NCBI RefSeq assembly: GCF_964204645.1 | Contig: NC_134030.1 | Span: forward strand, 6,862,778 to 6,926,777 | Source: Tubulanus polymorphus | Taxonomy: Eukaryota > Animalia > Nemertea | Length of the DNA stretch: 64,000 bases | Reading direction: 5' to 3' | Part shown: positions 1-15,000 of the stretch, piece after piece | Layout of the letters: each line of letters starts with the position of its first letter | Position numbering within the stretch: the stretch's first letter is position 1 | Position numbers and translations under genes: made by a program | Notes under the pieces: model-generated | Seen by the model: only the letters and a program-made list of their open reading frames with translations | What the model was told of the DNA's origin: nothing | Databases searched by the model: none

Positions 1-3000
1 GCTGGTGGAGAAGTTGTGGGAGAAGTCGATTTTGGGGGTTCTGTTGTTGTTATTGTTTTTTCCTGTCCTGGATACGAAGGAGTTGTCGTCTCCGTGGGCG
101 TTTTTATCGTGGACTTGTTTTGTGCTGAAAATATTTCATTGAGTCTAACGTATGGAAAAATGACGTTTCAATTAGTATCATCTAAAATTTGTTCACTTAC
201 GACAAATAACATTGCGCAGACCATGCGATATCAGAAGAAGTTTGTCGTAGGATACAATCGGTACGACCCAGGTTCGTTGAAACGCCGCAGCTCGCAGTTT
301 GTCGTTGATCTCCCCACGTCCAACGCGTATGAATATGACTTTATCGCCGCTTTGACGATATTTAGCACCTTCCCGCTGTAGATGTTCATTATCATGAGGC
401 TGTCCATCGGTAATTATGATCGTAAATCGTGGATCATTTTTGCGAGACTCGTTGAATGTTTTCTGGAAATTCGGAATTTCCTAGAGTCAAGTATTTTCGA
501 AGAGGGAATATCATTTCTGGTCTTAGAGAAAGAAAAATGAACAGAACTTACTAATCTCGCAAATTCCATGCCGTTGCCGATGGAAGTCTTGCCCGTTACG
601 AATGGGATTTTGTCTATTTTCTTTATTACGGAAGGCCTATCGACATCGGTGAAACTGACAAACTGCTTAGTAGTCGCCTTATCACTGAACCTTATCACGG
701 CGACCCGTACCCGTGTCTTTCCTAGTTCAACAGAGCTGATGAATCTATTAATGAATCTTTTGCCATCGGTGAAATCACTTTTTCTGAGATCTGACGAACT
801 GTCGAGCAAAAATACCACATCTGCGACACACCCTGCTTACAAAAAGAAGGATTGATCGTTTTATAACGGTACTAATAACACATACAATTCGATTCAAGCA
901 CGTTGGATTATTACCGGTCGATGGACTTTCAGTGGTTGTTTTGGACTGGCTAAACGGACATGTATTGGTGGCTTCACTGGTACTAATTGTTGTAGTTGTA
1001 GGATGTCGCGTCACTGGTCCTGCGACTAGAGTTAACGACAAAAAAAATAAAAAAGCTACTTGAATACATTTTCATCTAGATATCAAGCCGTTTCATTTTC
1101 TACTCACGACACGTCAAATTATGCAGAGCAGGTAGGGCCTGTCTTAGATCGCTATAATGCTTCAGACGAACAACAAGATCAAAATTGAATGCCGCTTGTT
1201 GCAGTATGGAATTGTCTTTAGCGCCACCGATTTGGAAGAAGATAATCTTGTTACTATTTTTCCTGAAGATCTCGGCTTCTTTTTGCATGTTGGCATTGTT
1301 AGTCGGCAAGCCATCGGTTATAATGACAGTCATACGCTCGATACCTTTTCTTGTATTGGTGAAAAGTTGCTGAAGAACGAATACAAAATAATATCAGTAA
1401 TTACAAACATACTTAATAGGTTAAATGAGGAAGTTAACTTGTCATACCGTTCTTGCAATTTTCATAGCGTGACCGATGAAAGCCATTCCTTTGACAAATT
1501 CCATACTATCGATTTTACGTTCGACCATCTCCTTATCATGCTCACTCAAGTTTACAAATACTTTCGTCGAGCCCATGTCGCTGAATCTGATAACGCCGAT
1601 CTGAGTATGATTACTACCGAGTCGAACTGAATTGACGAACGCTTTCACGAAATTCTTGACATCTACGAACGAAGACTTTTTCACTCTATTTGAAGTATCA
1701 ATGAGGAATCCTATATCAACTCGACAGTCGGGTTGAGACGGAGGCGTCGTTTTGGTACTACTAGGCGTAGTTGTTTTGCTCTGTACAACCTCTGTTGTGT
1801 TATCAAATTTAACCGGCGTTGTTGTTGTATTTCCAGATTTAATCGGTGTCGTTGTTGTATTTCCAGATTTAATCGGCGTGGTTGTTGTATTTCCAGATTT
1901 AATCGGCGTTGGTGTGTTATCAGATTTAACCGGTGTTGTTGTTGTATTTCCAGATTTAATCGGCATTGTTGTTGTATTTCCAGATTTAATCGGCATTGTT
2001 GTTGTATTTCCAGATTTAATCGGCGTTGTTGTTGTATTTCCAGATTTAATCGGCGTTGTTGTTGTATTTCCGGATTTAATCGGCGTTGTTGTTTCATTTC
2101 CGGATTTAGCCGGCGTTGTTGTTGTATTTCCAGATTTAATTGGCGTTGTTGTTGTATTTCCAGATTTAATTGGCGTTGTTGTTTTATTTCCAGATTTAAA
2201 TGGCGTTGTTGTTGTATTTCCAGATTTAATCGGCGTTGTTGTTGTATTTCCAGATCTAATCGGCGTTGTTGTTGTGTTTCCAGATTTAATCGGCGTTGTT
2301 GTTGTATTTCCAGATCTTATCGGCGTTGTTGTTGTGTTTCCAGATTTAATCGGCGTTGTTGTTGTATTTCCAGATTTAATCGGCGTTGTTGTTGTATTTC
2401 CAGATTTAACAGGTGTTGTTGTTGTATTTCCAGATTTAACAGGCGTTGTTGTTGTATTTCCAGATTTAACAGGCGTTGTTGTTGTATTTCCAGATTTAAT
2501 CGGTGTTGTTGTTGTATTTCCAGATTTAATCGGCGTTGTTGTTGTGTTTCCAGATTTAATCGGCGTTGTTGTTGTATTTCCAGATTTAATCGGCGTTGTT
2601 GTTGTATTTCCAGATTTAACAGGCGTTGTTGTTGTATTTCCAGATTTAATCGGTGTTGTTGTTGTATTTCCAGATCTAATCGGCGTTGTTGTTGTGTTTC
2701 CAGATTTAATCGGCGTTGTTGTTGTATTTCCAGATTTAATCGGCGTTGTTGTTGTATTTTCAGATTTAATCGGCGTTGTTGTTGTATTTCCAGATTTAAC
2801 CGGCGTTGTTGTTGTATTTCCAGATTTAATCGGTGTTGTTGTTGTATTTCCAGATCTAATCGGCGTTGTTGTTGTGTTTCCAGATTTAATCGGCGTTTTT
2901 GTTGTATTTCCAGATTTAATCGGCGTCGTTGCTGTATTTCCAGATTTAATCGTTGTTGATGACACTGCAACATATAATTAGGGGTCCACTAGGGACACTA

Positions 3001-6000
3001 CGTCCACTTGGTCAAATGCTTGACAATCTGCCAATTTCAATATAAAACACTCCCTGGTGAATAAATACACAATCACCACAATCATAGAACATGTCGTTAG
3101 TTCAATGTTGCAATTATCTGTACTTGTAAGATGTAAGAAGTGCAAAGGTACCAATATACATTTATTATGTACATATATGGAAATAGAATGTTTTTCACCT
3201 TATCTTTCATAGTAAACAAAAACCGATGACATAGTGAAAATGTCATTAGCTACAATATTGTAATTGATTGTGAATATAGAATACGCACGGGTGCCAATAC
3301 AAATACAAATACAAAAAATATTGTGTATAATGCAATATTTTACTCCACCTGGTAGAACAAAAACTATGTAGTCCAAAAAATCCCCTCCCTTAAAAATCCC
3401 CTTCCCATCCGAAGAATGAGGACTGATTACTACAAGAAAGCTGCCGATTGCGTAATAATCGACTGGGCCCGTTTTAGATATTAAAGCTCCCTTTTCAATG
3501 TATACCAATCCCAGAAAGAATCTACAGACCTCAGAATTCTGACCTTTTGGCAAATAAAGGTGAAAGGATAGCAATTTTGGTTTCGATTGATCCAATTTTT
3601 CTAGTAATGATAGTAATCCCTAGGGGATTCGCATACATCAATCACCGTGTTGATGAAATTTCAAAAATGATATACTTACAGCAAGTCATAGATAGGAGTG
3701 CTGGTAATGTTTCCATCAATTTACTGTACGACTTAAGTGTTACAACCCATTCGGGCTTAAATGCAGCCGATTTCATTTTTGAAGTATTAACGCCGCCTGA
3801 CACAACAATGAACAACACTCGGTTACCATTTTTGCGGAACTTTTCCCCCTCGCTTTGCATTTTGCCGTTGTTGCTCGGAACACCATCGGTTATTATAATC
3901 GTTACACGATTTGAGTCATTTCTGGCTTTCTTGAAGGTTTTCTGGTGAAATAGTATTATCACGAATATTTCACTATATCCCAATAATTTTTCATTCACTT
4001 TATTCATCTCGTATATTTCAGATCTATTTACCCTACCTTTCTTGCAAGTTGCATGGCGGTTCCAGTAAACGTCTGTCCTGGGGCATATTTCATCTCATCG
4101 ATCTTCTTTTCGATAGATTTTTTATCTAGATCGTCGAAACCGACGAACTGTTTGATACTGCTTCTACTGCTAAATCTGATCAGAGCAACACGCGTTTTAT
4201 CCTTGGCGATTTTAACACGTTTTACGTATGATTTCACGAACGTTTTTGCCAAATCGAAATCTTTCTTAGGCAGACTTTTTGAGCTGTCCAATAGAAACGC
4301 TACATCCAGCTGACATTCTGTAAGATATAGAATTATACACACATATTTCCGTACGAAACGTTGTGATACCTCTTACAGAACCTACCATCGGTAAACTTTC
4401 ATACCTGATCCTCCAGAAGTTTTCGGTGTAGTTGATCTATTCGGAGTTGGAGCTGGATTATTGGATGACGGCGTCGTTTTTGTAGTTGAAGTTATCTCTT
4501 TTCCTGGTGTTTTAGTTGGTGGCGTTGTCGTCCTCGTCGTTTTCGTTGATTCTGATTTGAGAATCAACGATTTATCATATTTGTTGGTAAAACTGATTTG
4601 ACATATTCTTACATGGTTTGGTACAAATCGGATTGAATATTCACCTTTACCGCAGTCCTTTCCTGTAAAGCCGACTTTGCATTGGCATGTATAAGATTTT
4701 CCCTTGTCAGTACAGGTACCGCCATTCTTACAAGGTTTTCCGTCGCAAGGTTTTTCCTCTGTAATGAGTATAAAATAATCATTGGAGTTACATCTACACA
4801 CTGAAAAATCAACCCTCTTAAACAATCAACAAATTTCCCTTCAGCCTGTATGAAAAAATGTGTACCTTCATCACAATCTTTGCCTTTATATTTTCCTTTA
4901 CATTCACAAGTGTAATTTTTGCCTTTATTTATGCATTTAGCGTCATTCTTGCACGGCTTTTTATCACAAGGCTTTTCCTCTACAAAATACGTATGTATTC
5001 AATGCACGAAAGTTAATGCTATCATTTCTGTGTAAAACTCTATACTTCAACTCAAAACCTGCCGAACTCACCCTCGTCGCATTTCTTTCCTTTGTATCCA
5101 GATTTACAAGTACAGCTGTAGGAGGATTTGTCCTTGTTAACGCATGTTGCACCATTCTTACAGGGTTTCTCATCACAAGGTTTTTCCTCTAAACATCGAA
5201 TATTGGCAAAATGGAAAATTTCATATAGATTTTGAACTAATTTTGGGTCTGCGGACGTATCACGTGACGAGTTTAGAAACAAGATGTATAAACGTTTACC
5301 TTCATCGCAGTTTTTACCCTTGTAACCAGTTTTACAAGTGCATTTAAAACTAGTTTTGCCGATATCTTCACAAGTGGCGTCATTCTTACAAGGTTTTGCA
5401 TCACAGGGAGTTACATCTGCAAGTAATGTATATTATGGCTAGGGAGGATAGATTTTACTCACCTACAAAATTAACAATTCGAATTGACTTTACCTTCACC
5501 GCAATTCTTTCCTTTGAAACCCTTTTTGCATTTACATGTGTAGGAATTTCCTTTGTCAGTACAATTTCCACCATTCTTACAAGGTTCATCATCACACGGT
5601 GTTTCCTCTGCGAATGGAGAAATATATTGCTGCTTCAAAACTTGCTCAGATCCACTGACGGTATTGAGTAATTTTCATTTCATCAATTACCTTTATCGCA
5701 ATTCTTTCCTTTAAAATCCTTTTTGCATTTACATGTGTAGGCATTTCCTTTGTCAGTACATTTGCCCCCATTCTTACAAGGTTTATCATCACACGGTGTT
5801 TCCTCTGCGAATGGAAAAAAACATATTGCTGCTTCAAATCCACTGATGGTATTGATTAATTTTCATTTCATCAATTACCTTTATCGCAATTCTTTCCTTT
5901 AAAACCCTTTTTGCATTTACATGTGTAGGTATTTCCTTTGTCAGTACAATTGCCACCATTCTTACAAGGTTTATCATCACACGGTGTTTCCTCTGCGAAT

Positions 6001-9000
6001 GGAAAAAAATATATTGCTGCTTCAAAACTTGCTCAGATACACTGAATGTATTGAATTAGTTGAGTAATTTTCATTGAGTAATTTTCATTGAGTAATTTTC
6101 ATTGAGTAATTTTCATTTCATCAATTACCTTTATCACAATGTTTGCCCTTGTAACCGTCTTTACAAGTACAATTATAATCAGTTTTATTGACGACTTTAC
6201 AGATGACAAAATTCTTACACGGTTTGGCATCGCATGGAGTCACTTCTATAAGAACAGCGATGACAATAGTTATTGTATCGTACTTCTTAGTAAAGAAATA
6301 ATAATGACAATGAAAATGATGATAATAAAAGAAGAAATCGTTAGGCAAAAGGGGCGGAGAAAAACGATCAAAACCTGTGTACAATCGGTTCGCTGAAAAT
6401 GTGAGGCATTTCATATTTTGAAAATATGTCAAATAGTTCATGCAGCTGAATGTTTCAAATATATACGATATCTTATTGATTTGTTCGCATGGTTAAATCG
6501 GCTTTGACAATATTCCTACACGAAAAACAAAAACCAATTTTGGTGATATAAAAATAATAAGATTATATCCGATCTAATGGGTTTGTTTCACGTGGTTGCT
6601 TGATGTGGCGTTATCAAAAATAGGCGTTGATTTTCTAACCGGATCTTTTAACCAGAATTGCGATTGTGTAAAATTTTTGCGCTCGCCGTTAATGCGCGCA
6701 TTAACTGAACCGAAAATGCTGCGAATGCATTTCTTAAACAGTAGTTGCGCGATTTGTAAACGCGTCACACCTGCCTACAGCTACGTGGCCGGCGTCGTGT
6801 TCGCGAATTTCCTTATCTCTTCGGTCGGAATACCGGCAAATTTTCTCACATTCGTCACTTTGCACATCACCAAATCGCAAGCCAGTAGTAGCGTCATTTA
6901 TATGAAATGTCTGGCGCTCTCTGATCTGTTCAGCTGCATAACGTGTGCTTTCGGTCGCGATCTGTGGTATCTGGCGATCTATGTGAGGTATTTCCACAGA
7001 TTCAACTTGGACTCAGTTTTCCACGAGTTTTTACTGCGTTACATGTTGTCAATCGACGCTTTCTATCAGTCGTTTCTAAACAGCAGCGCTTGGTTACTGT
7101 TCGCGTTATCCGTAGACCGTTATATCGCCATTATATTACCTCTTGCCGCTCGACGACTGTGCACGGCCAAAAATGCCAGATTCTTATCCATTCTCTGTTT
7201 CGTTTTGCCGTTTATTTTCAATATTCCAACTTTCTGGGATAACGTTTTTAGTTTACGCTCCGACTGTAGAGGGCTCCCAGTCAAATTTTACCTACTACTT
7301 GCCAACTTCCACTATAGTTTCATTTACAACACGGTGTTTGGTAGTTTCCTGTTATTGACGGTCCCCGGCACGGTCGTTCTCATTTGCAACGTTCACATGT
7401 TACACTTAGTACGGAAATCAATCGTTCACAGGCACAAATTAACCAATTCTTGCAAAGGCAAAAGTGTCCGCAATGGACTACAAACAACGTGCGTCATACT
7501 CGTGCTGAACTATTTCTATTTCTTGGTTTATATATTTGACGTTGTGGACACGATATTGCCCGCATTGGGAAAATATCGTCCGCATTTTATTACGAGTACC
7601 TTCACCGCTATTAATTCCACGATAAATATATTCATCTACCTAGGAATAAGGCGAAGTTTCGGGAAAACGCTGGTATTCGTAGTAACTTTTGGTTTATGCG
7701 GTTCTCGCATATTTACGGGCTAATCCACCAGTCTTGTTAATAAGACAACGTGAGATATTTCTAATATTTACCCTGTTCACAGTTGTCCCCTTTGTAACCC
7801 TTTTTACACTTGCAGAAATGTTTATCACCCTTGTTTGAACATTCTCCACCATTCTTGCATGGTTTCTTATCGCAAGGCATCTCCTCTGAAAAATCAACGA
7901 GGGAACATCATTAAGTTTGGGACTTCGGTTATGATTTCAACTAACCAAACAACGTAACATCAACGAATACTTACTATCTTCGCAGTTTTTGCCAACGTAA
8001 CCTTGTTGACATTCACACGTGTAATTTTTTCCCCGATTTATACATTTTGCATCATTTTCACAAGGCTCTTTATCGCATGGGGTCACGTCTTGAATATCGA
8101 AATTAGATTTTATTTGTACACGTGCCATTTAATTGAGTATCAACAGACAACGAAATGGTGCAGCAATTACCTTCTTCACAGTTTTTACCCTTGTATCCAT
8201 CTTTGCATATGCAAGTATACTTTTTGTCTTTGCCTTCGACTTTACACCTAGCTCCGTTTTTACATGGACTACTGTCACAGGGCGTTACCACTAGCATATT
8301 GAAAATCGGTTAGAATGAGTGAAACAAGAAGCTTATTTATTCAATCAATTGATTAATGCATCGAACGAAATCATTATACCTTCACCGCAATCTTTGCCTT
8401 TAAACCCCTTTTTACATTCACAAGTGTACTTTTTGCCTTTATCCGTACATTTAGCGTTGTTTTTACACGGCTTTTTGTCACAAGGAGTTACATCTGAAAA
8501 CCAGATTCGAATAGTAACATTTTTCCCCGACTCCTACATAAATCGTTATTATTTCTTTACAATTGATCATACCTTGATCGCAGTTTTTTCCTTTGTATTC
8601 AGGTTTACATTTACAGACGTACGAAGATTTTCCCTTGTTAACGCATTTTGCGCCATTTTTACAGGGTTTCTCATCACAAGGTTTTTCTTCTGCAAATAGA
8701 TGAAAAAACGGACGTTTATCAAAATCGTCAGGGTTTGTGTATTGAAAAGATATATTCATGTACCTTTTATTCAAAAGATAACGATTGCATGGAAGTGAAC
8801 GGTTCCAAGCACATGATATATTGCCGATAAACATATTTCAAAGCGATTTACCTTTATCGCAATTTTTTCCCTTGTAACCAGCTTTACAAGTACAATTATA
8901 ATCAGTTTTGCTGATATCTTTACAAGTGGCGTCATTCTTACAAGGTTTCGCATCACAGGGAGTAACATCTGCAAGAAATATGCAAGACCATTAGAATATC

Positions 9001-12000
9001 AATAATCAGAGAGAAGAATGTTTGCTACATTCGACTATTGCAGGTCCTTGCAGTTTACCTTCACCGCAGTCTTTTCCCTTAAAACCTTTTTTGCATGCGC
9101 ATGTATAGTTTTTTCCTTTGTCGGTACAGGTGCCACCATTCTTACAAGGTTTATCGTCGCACGGAGTCGTCTCTAAAACATCGAAACAAGATGTGAATTC
9201 TTCGATTATAAAAGATTAAAATGGGGGAAATTATTCTATTGAATCATTCCTTTTTCTGGCATCACCGTACAGACTAATCAATTGGGAAAACAAAGAACTA
9301 ATAAAGACAAAAGCGCGTGGGTTACCTTTGTCACAATTTTTTCCCTTGTAACCGTCTTTACAGGTGCACTTATAATCAGTTTTACTGATATCCGTACAGT
9401 TGACAGAATTCTTACACGGTTTGGCATCGCACGGAGTCACATCTGAAAGGAGAGAATAGTTACAGTCATCCCCGGGTCATCCGCCCTCTGTTTTATCCAC
9501 AACTCCCGGCTACCGCCTAGTAAAAGTTTGGTTCCGAATTAATTAATGGCTTGAGCTTCCGATTTTCCACCACATTCCATATCCACCATCCACCACAACA
9601 CAATTTTCTGAACAAATCTTATGATAATAATAGTTCATTTTCGTTCGATAATCCGCCATCAAAAATATCTAACGCATTTGCAAATTTACTTATCGGCAAC
9701 AAGTGCATCACGTATATATTACACTGATCCTGTTGTTTGTAAATTACCGGATGTTGTCCTCTAACTCATTACCCATGTGAACATCTATGTTAGACTCTAG
9801 GGACTACCAGTATTAAACTCTCGTCAGATAACAACTGATGAACATTTCACATGATAGAACAAGCTTAGCCAATAAAAGATAGGCAAAGACATAAATAAGT
9901 CGATCATGATAGATAGCCTAGTGAAATTGCGAAAAGAAAATCATATTAATAAAAATGAAACGTTACCTTTTTCACAGTTCTTTCCCTTGAAACCATTTTT
10001 ACATTTGCATACATGTTTATCTCCCTTGTTCGTACATTCACCGCCATTTTTACATGGTTTCTTATCGCAAGGCGTCACCTCTGAAATGAGTAACGTAGGT
10101 GAGTATTGCGATCACTTGAGTTCATGTGTATCTTAACAAACAATACTAACTATCTTCACAGTTTCTGCCAATGAAACCTCTTTTACATTCACACGCGTAG
10201 GTTTTGCCTTTATCCGTGCATTTCGCACCGTTTTTACACGGCTTTTTATCACACGGAGTTTCCTCTGGAATAATAAATGTGAATGCACGTAATTTTGCAC
10301 GTATATGTAACTTTAACATGTAAGTGAGATTTAAGACGATTTACGTCTATTACCTTCTCCGCAGTTTTTGCCCTTGAATCCATCTTTACATGTGCAAGTA
10401 TACTCTTTACCTTTGTCTTTACACCTGGCGCCGTTCTTACATGGATTGCTGTCACATGGGGTTACTTCTACAATACATAGAGTTGCTCCAAATAAGTTCA
10501 AAACGTGTGAATGAGTAAGGCTCACTAATATTGTTCAATAATTTTACGGGAGCTTACTTTCACCGCAGTCTTTGCCTTTAAAGCCTTTTTCACATTCACA
10601 AACATATTTTTTGCCTTTATTTATGCATTTAGCGTCATTTTTGCACGGCTTTTTATCACAAGGCTTTTCCTCTGAAAATTGAATTTTGATATTCGAACAT
10701 CAGTAAACTATATTTGAAGATTTAATCGTATCCAACAACGTTCCAGGTTGTCAACCTCACTTTTTTCGCAGTTTTTCCCTTTGAAGCCAGGTTTACATTT
10801 GCAGGTGTATGAAGTTTCGCCTTTGTTCGTACATAAAGCCTCATTTTTACACGGTTTCTTGTCGCATGGCATCTCCTCTAAAACGTGTAAACACAGTTAA
10901 CGTGAAACGTATGAGAACATGAAATACATAATCCGAAAATACTGCGGGCGATGGCAAAAGAGAAAAGTATTTCGTTTTAAGTTCTTCGTTGTTACTCTTT
11001 CTCCTCAACTAAACACGTTAATGATCCTGGTGCAAAATCCAAGAACTGGACTTCGGAAAATGTATTTTCATTTATTTGAATTAGCCACGCAATGAAATAA
11101 GCTCTACCAAAAGTCTTAGGCCTATATGAAAGTTTGATTCGTGGCACTGAACTCTACGGGTTGGACTTACTGTTCTCGCAATCTTTTCCTATGAACCCTT
11201 TTTTACATTCGCAAGAATATTCTTTATCACCCTTGTTCTTACACCGGCCATCATTTTTACACGGTTCACTATAACACGGTAACGGATCTATCGGAAAAAT
11301 ATACGCAAAAATTAACCAATCTTAAAATGACATTTTTCGAATATGAACATTTTAAGACCGTCTATATTCTAGATGTTTTTTGCACGGGCAGCCAAACACG
11401 CACCTAATGAACAATTCTTTCCTCTATATCCATCTGTACAAATACATGTATAATTAGTCTTTCCAGCATTTTTACATTGGCTCTCGTGCTTACATGGTTT
11501 GTAATCGCAAGGTTTCTTTTCTGAAAAATGGAAAACGTCCCATATTTTATTCCGCTTACCAAAGTTTTCTGTTCAGCTGGTGATTTCACAAATTACACAT
11601 ATGAGGCAACTAGTTCGTGTTACATGAATTATTACAAATAAGGGATTACCGCAGGCTTTCTTCATAATTTCAGTGAGTACTTTCTTCAGTTCCGAGAAAT
11701 CCTTGACGTTTACCACCCAATCCTTTTCAAAGGCAGCCATTTTCATGTAGTTGTCTTGGGACAAGTCTCCAACAAATATGAATAAAATTTTGTTGTTCGC
11801 CTGACGGAATTTTACCGCTTCTTCTTGCATACTTCTATTATTAGAAGGGAACCCGTCCGTCAGAACAATCGTTACCTGTGAAGCATCCTTTCTACCGGTC
11901 GGAAATAATTTCTGTTGATTGGCAAAACAATAATACGATGCATTAGCAAAACCATAAATTATGCGAGGTATAGAGACATAGTGAGATAGTTATAGATGCA

Positions 12001-15000
12001 AACTTGGGATCGTGCTATAAACGTACCGTTCTTGCCATTGTCAACGCGTAACCAGTAAAAGTTGACCCGCCTGCAAACGACATAGCATCAACTTTATGCT
12101 TTATTGTTTCTTTATCGTGATCGGAGAATGGTACGAAAATCTTCGTTTTGTAGCGCGAACTGAACCGTATGACACCAATTTGCGCTGCTTTGTCTCCGAC
12201 ATCGACAACATCGACAAACATTTTCACAAAGTTCTTGAATTCGTTGTACTCGGATAGTCTCATACTGAGAGAGCTGTCCACCAGGAATGCGACGTCGATC
12301 TCACAAGCTTCGATTGTGTAGATGAAAAAGAAAATGATTAAAATTTAGGCCCGTCGTATTTGCATATTCTAGTGGTTACATAAAAATATACGGTTCATAT
12401 AGACATATGAAGATAAAGTCGTCGCTTGATAATGTCCAGAATAACGAGGAACCGCGATACCACCTATCCCACCAGATGGCGTGACGTGCATTCACTCACG
12501 TCGTTGTCAAAATCATTTCGTTTTCAGTGAACTTTGAACTGAACCTTGGGCTCCGCAATCCACACATTATTACAGAACCCGCCGAAAATACATAAAATTA
12601 ATTTTTTTTTTACTCAGGTATTAATATAGTTTTCAAGAAAAGTTCATTCAGTTCTTTTAACCGAAATGTAGAAGAAATTGAATGCGGAGACCGAGAACCA
12701 CTAGCGAACCTAGTGGATCCTCGCCTGCAATGAGTGGAATCCTCGTTACCACAGGAGGTTTCCACGAGACGCTTAAATGACGGTATTCAAAACGTACCTT
12801 TTAATTCTCCCATCGTTGGCGGCGGCTGCGTAGCTGAAACACAGAAACGAAAATTACTCATCAAAATTTACAGCAGTGCTTTCAACAGAGAGAAAGTCAA
12901 TGGGCTTTAAAGAAGGTAAAAAAAGCTGTTTGCGTTGGAAGTTCTCTTGATCAAGATCAAAATTTATTTACGGCACTGTGCGACTGGAGAACACGTGTTG
13001 TCCTTTGTCCAAACGTAATCATCAATGCAGTCACAGCCAGTAGTGAATTCTCCAGCTTTACAAGCAGGATCACCAGTTGGATGTCGGCACGTTCGCTTGC
13101 ATTTTTCATTCACCGATACGACGTAATGTTGGTTCTTGCCAGAGCACTTGTGCTTATTTTCTAAACGAACGAAAGAAAATTGAGTCAAGTTTTCTTGTTT
13201 GCTTCGCGAGAGATCGCGATATTTCTGTTAAGAAACAATTAAATTGGAGAGCTTTTGAAACCATCGCATCACTAACGGCAGATAATGGATATAACAATAA
13301 TGGCTAACTGCGACGGCTTTTTAAAAACTCACCATCGCATTTTGTGCCCGTTTTCCAGTCTTTTTTCGTCGATTTGATGATTCCGATATCCGTACATAAG
13401 GACATCAGTTCTTCGGCCGTTCGACACAATACGTATGAAACCTGTAATGGGAACATAGGCACGTTCCAATCGGCGTAAATCTAAGAGATGAGTAGGAGGG
13501 AAAGGGCTTGTACGAGACAACCATTGGTGAAATGTCCGTGCTGTGACTATATATTCAGAATCCCACACTAATATAAAGAGAAAGAAATCCGAAAAATGTC
13601 ATTATTCATCTATTGATCCGACTTTTCGACTATAACCTAAGCTCATTCCTGAAGATGACTCACATTTAAGTCGAAACGTCGAATCAATAAATCTTGCTCA
13701 AATGAAACTTTTCGGACTTCATCTTTCTCGTTATGTCAGTGCGAGATTCTCTTTATACAAATGAGACGTACACACACGAAGTCGTATTATCAAAAACATG
13801 GAATTGAGTTTCATACCTGAGCGCTAGAACTAGCCGCACATGCGTCTAAAACACAAGCGCTTATAATGCCTTCTGTACCGGAGGGAGTCAAGGATTTCAT
13901 GCACTTAGCGACGTCATTCGATAAGTTCGAAATGCCATCACATTCAGCGCGAATCACCTTTTTCCTAGCCGGTGCACAATCCGGTATGTTAGCCGTGACA
14001 CAGCTGAAATTTGAATATATACGCAGCTACATGTTATAATATCATGCACAAGGAAGCGGTGCATACGCCGACGACAACAAAGACATATTTATTTCGAAGA
14101 ATGTTGACTGCACCGATCAATACGCCTGCAGGTAACTGCTATATGTATATGTTTGTTCGCTGAGACCAACCTTTTTCCATCTTCACCCTTGATTCCTTTT
14201 ATTCTACAACTATCGCCAACTTTTCGATCTCGGTCTTTGTCATTATACAGATTTTTACCGTCGCAGGTAGTGTAGTCGTCATTGCCAATGCCATTACAAT
14301 TTCCACATAAACCTACGTTAATTAGAACGTGGACCAATTGGGTCTAATAAAGAACCGACTTTGATTTATATTTCTCTCAATTAGAACCGTATGAAAACGT
14401 ACCTTTTAACGCATTTTGGTATCCTACGGACGTGATCTTGACGACATAATTACCGAATTGTACTTTCAGCTTACAGACCGTATCTTCCATCACAATCTGT
14501 CCGAGTTCAACTTTGAAAGTAATACCGCGTTTTCTAAAAGGACTAGATGCTAGGTTTGAATACTCAGAAATAGCGTTGTCGCCGATGTAAATGTTCTGTC
14601 CTCCGATCTGAAAGTAATCAATGACCGCACAATGTTTACGTATGGTGAAATTCTGGACAGCATACACGGCATAATATCAATGCCATAACGTAGGCATACT
14701 TATCCTCATATTTACCTCTAAATGTTTCCCGTTAAACATGCGAACCTTGGGTACGCCAGTAAGCGTTACGTCGATGTACTTTGTCCACGTTAAGCCACTG
14801 TACCAGTTTGGAAGATCCGTACTCTTTGATAATACCTGGAAGTAGCAGTAATCTTTAGGTTTCTGTTTTGTCGTTTCGCTGAGAACGTACGTGCATTTCC
14901 CCATGAAATCTATACGCGCTCCGTCATTTGTCCTATAGTGCGGATCTCCCCATCCGGTGCAAATACAAGTTCTGTCTATAATGAAATTGTTGAAACATTC

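Noticed and set aside
1711-2981. Long overlapping ORFs on both strands (Cys/Arg-rich, Val-rich, Gln-rich)
   Set aside because: These are alternative frames of the stop-free 30-bp repeat. Only the Thr-rich minus frame is spliced in phase with the VWA exons.
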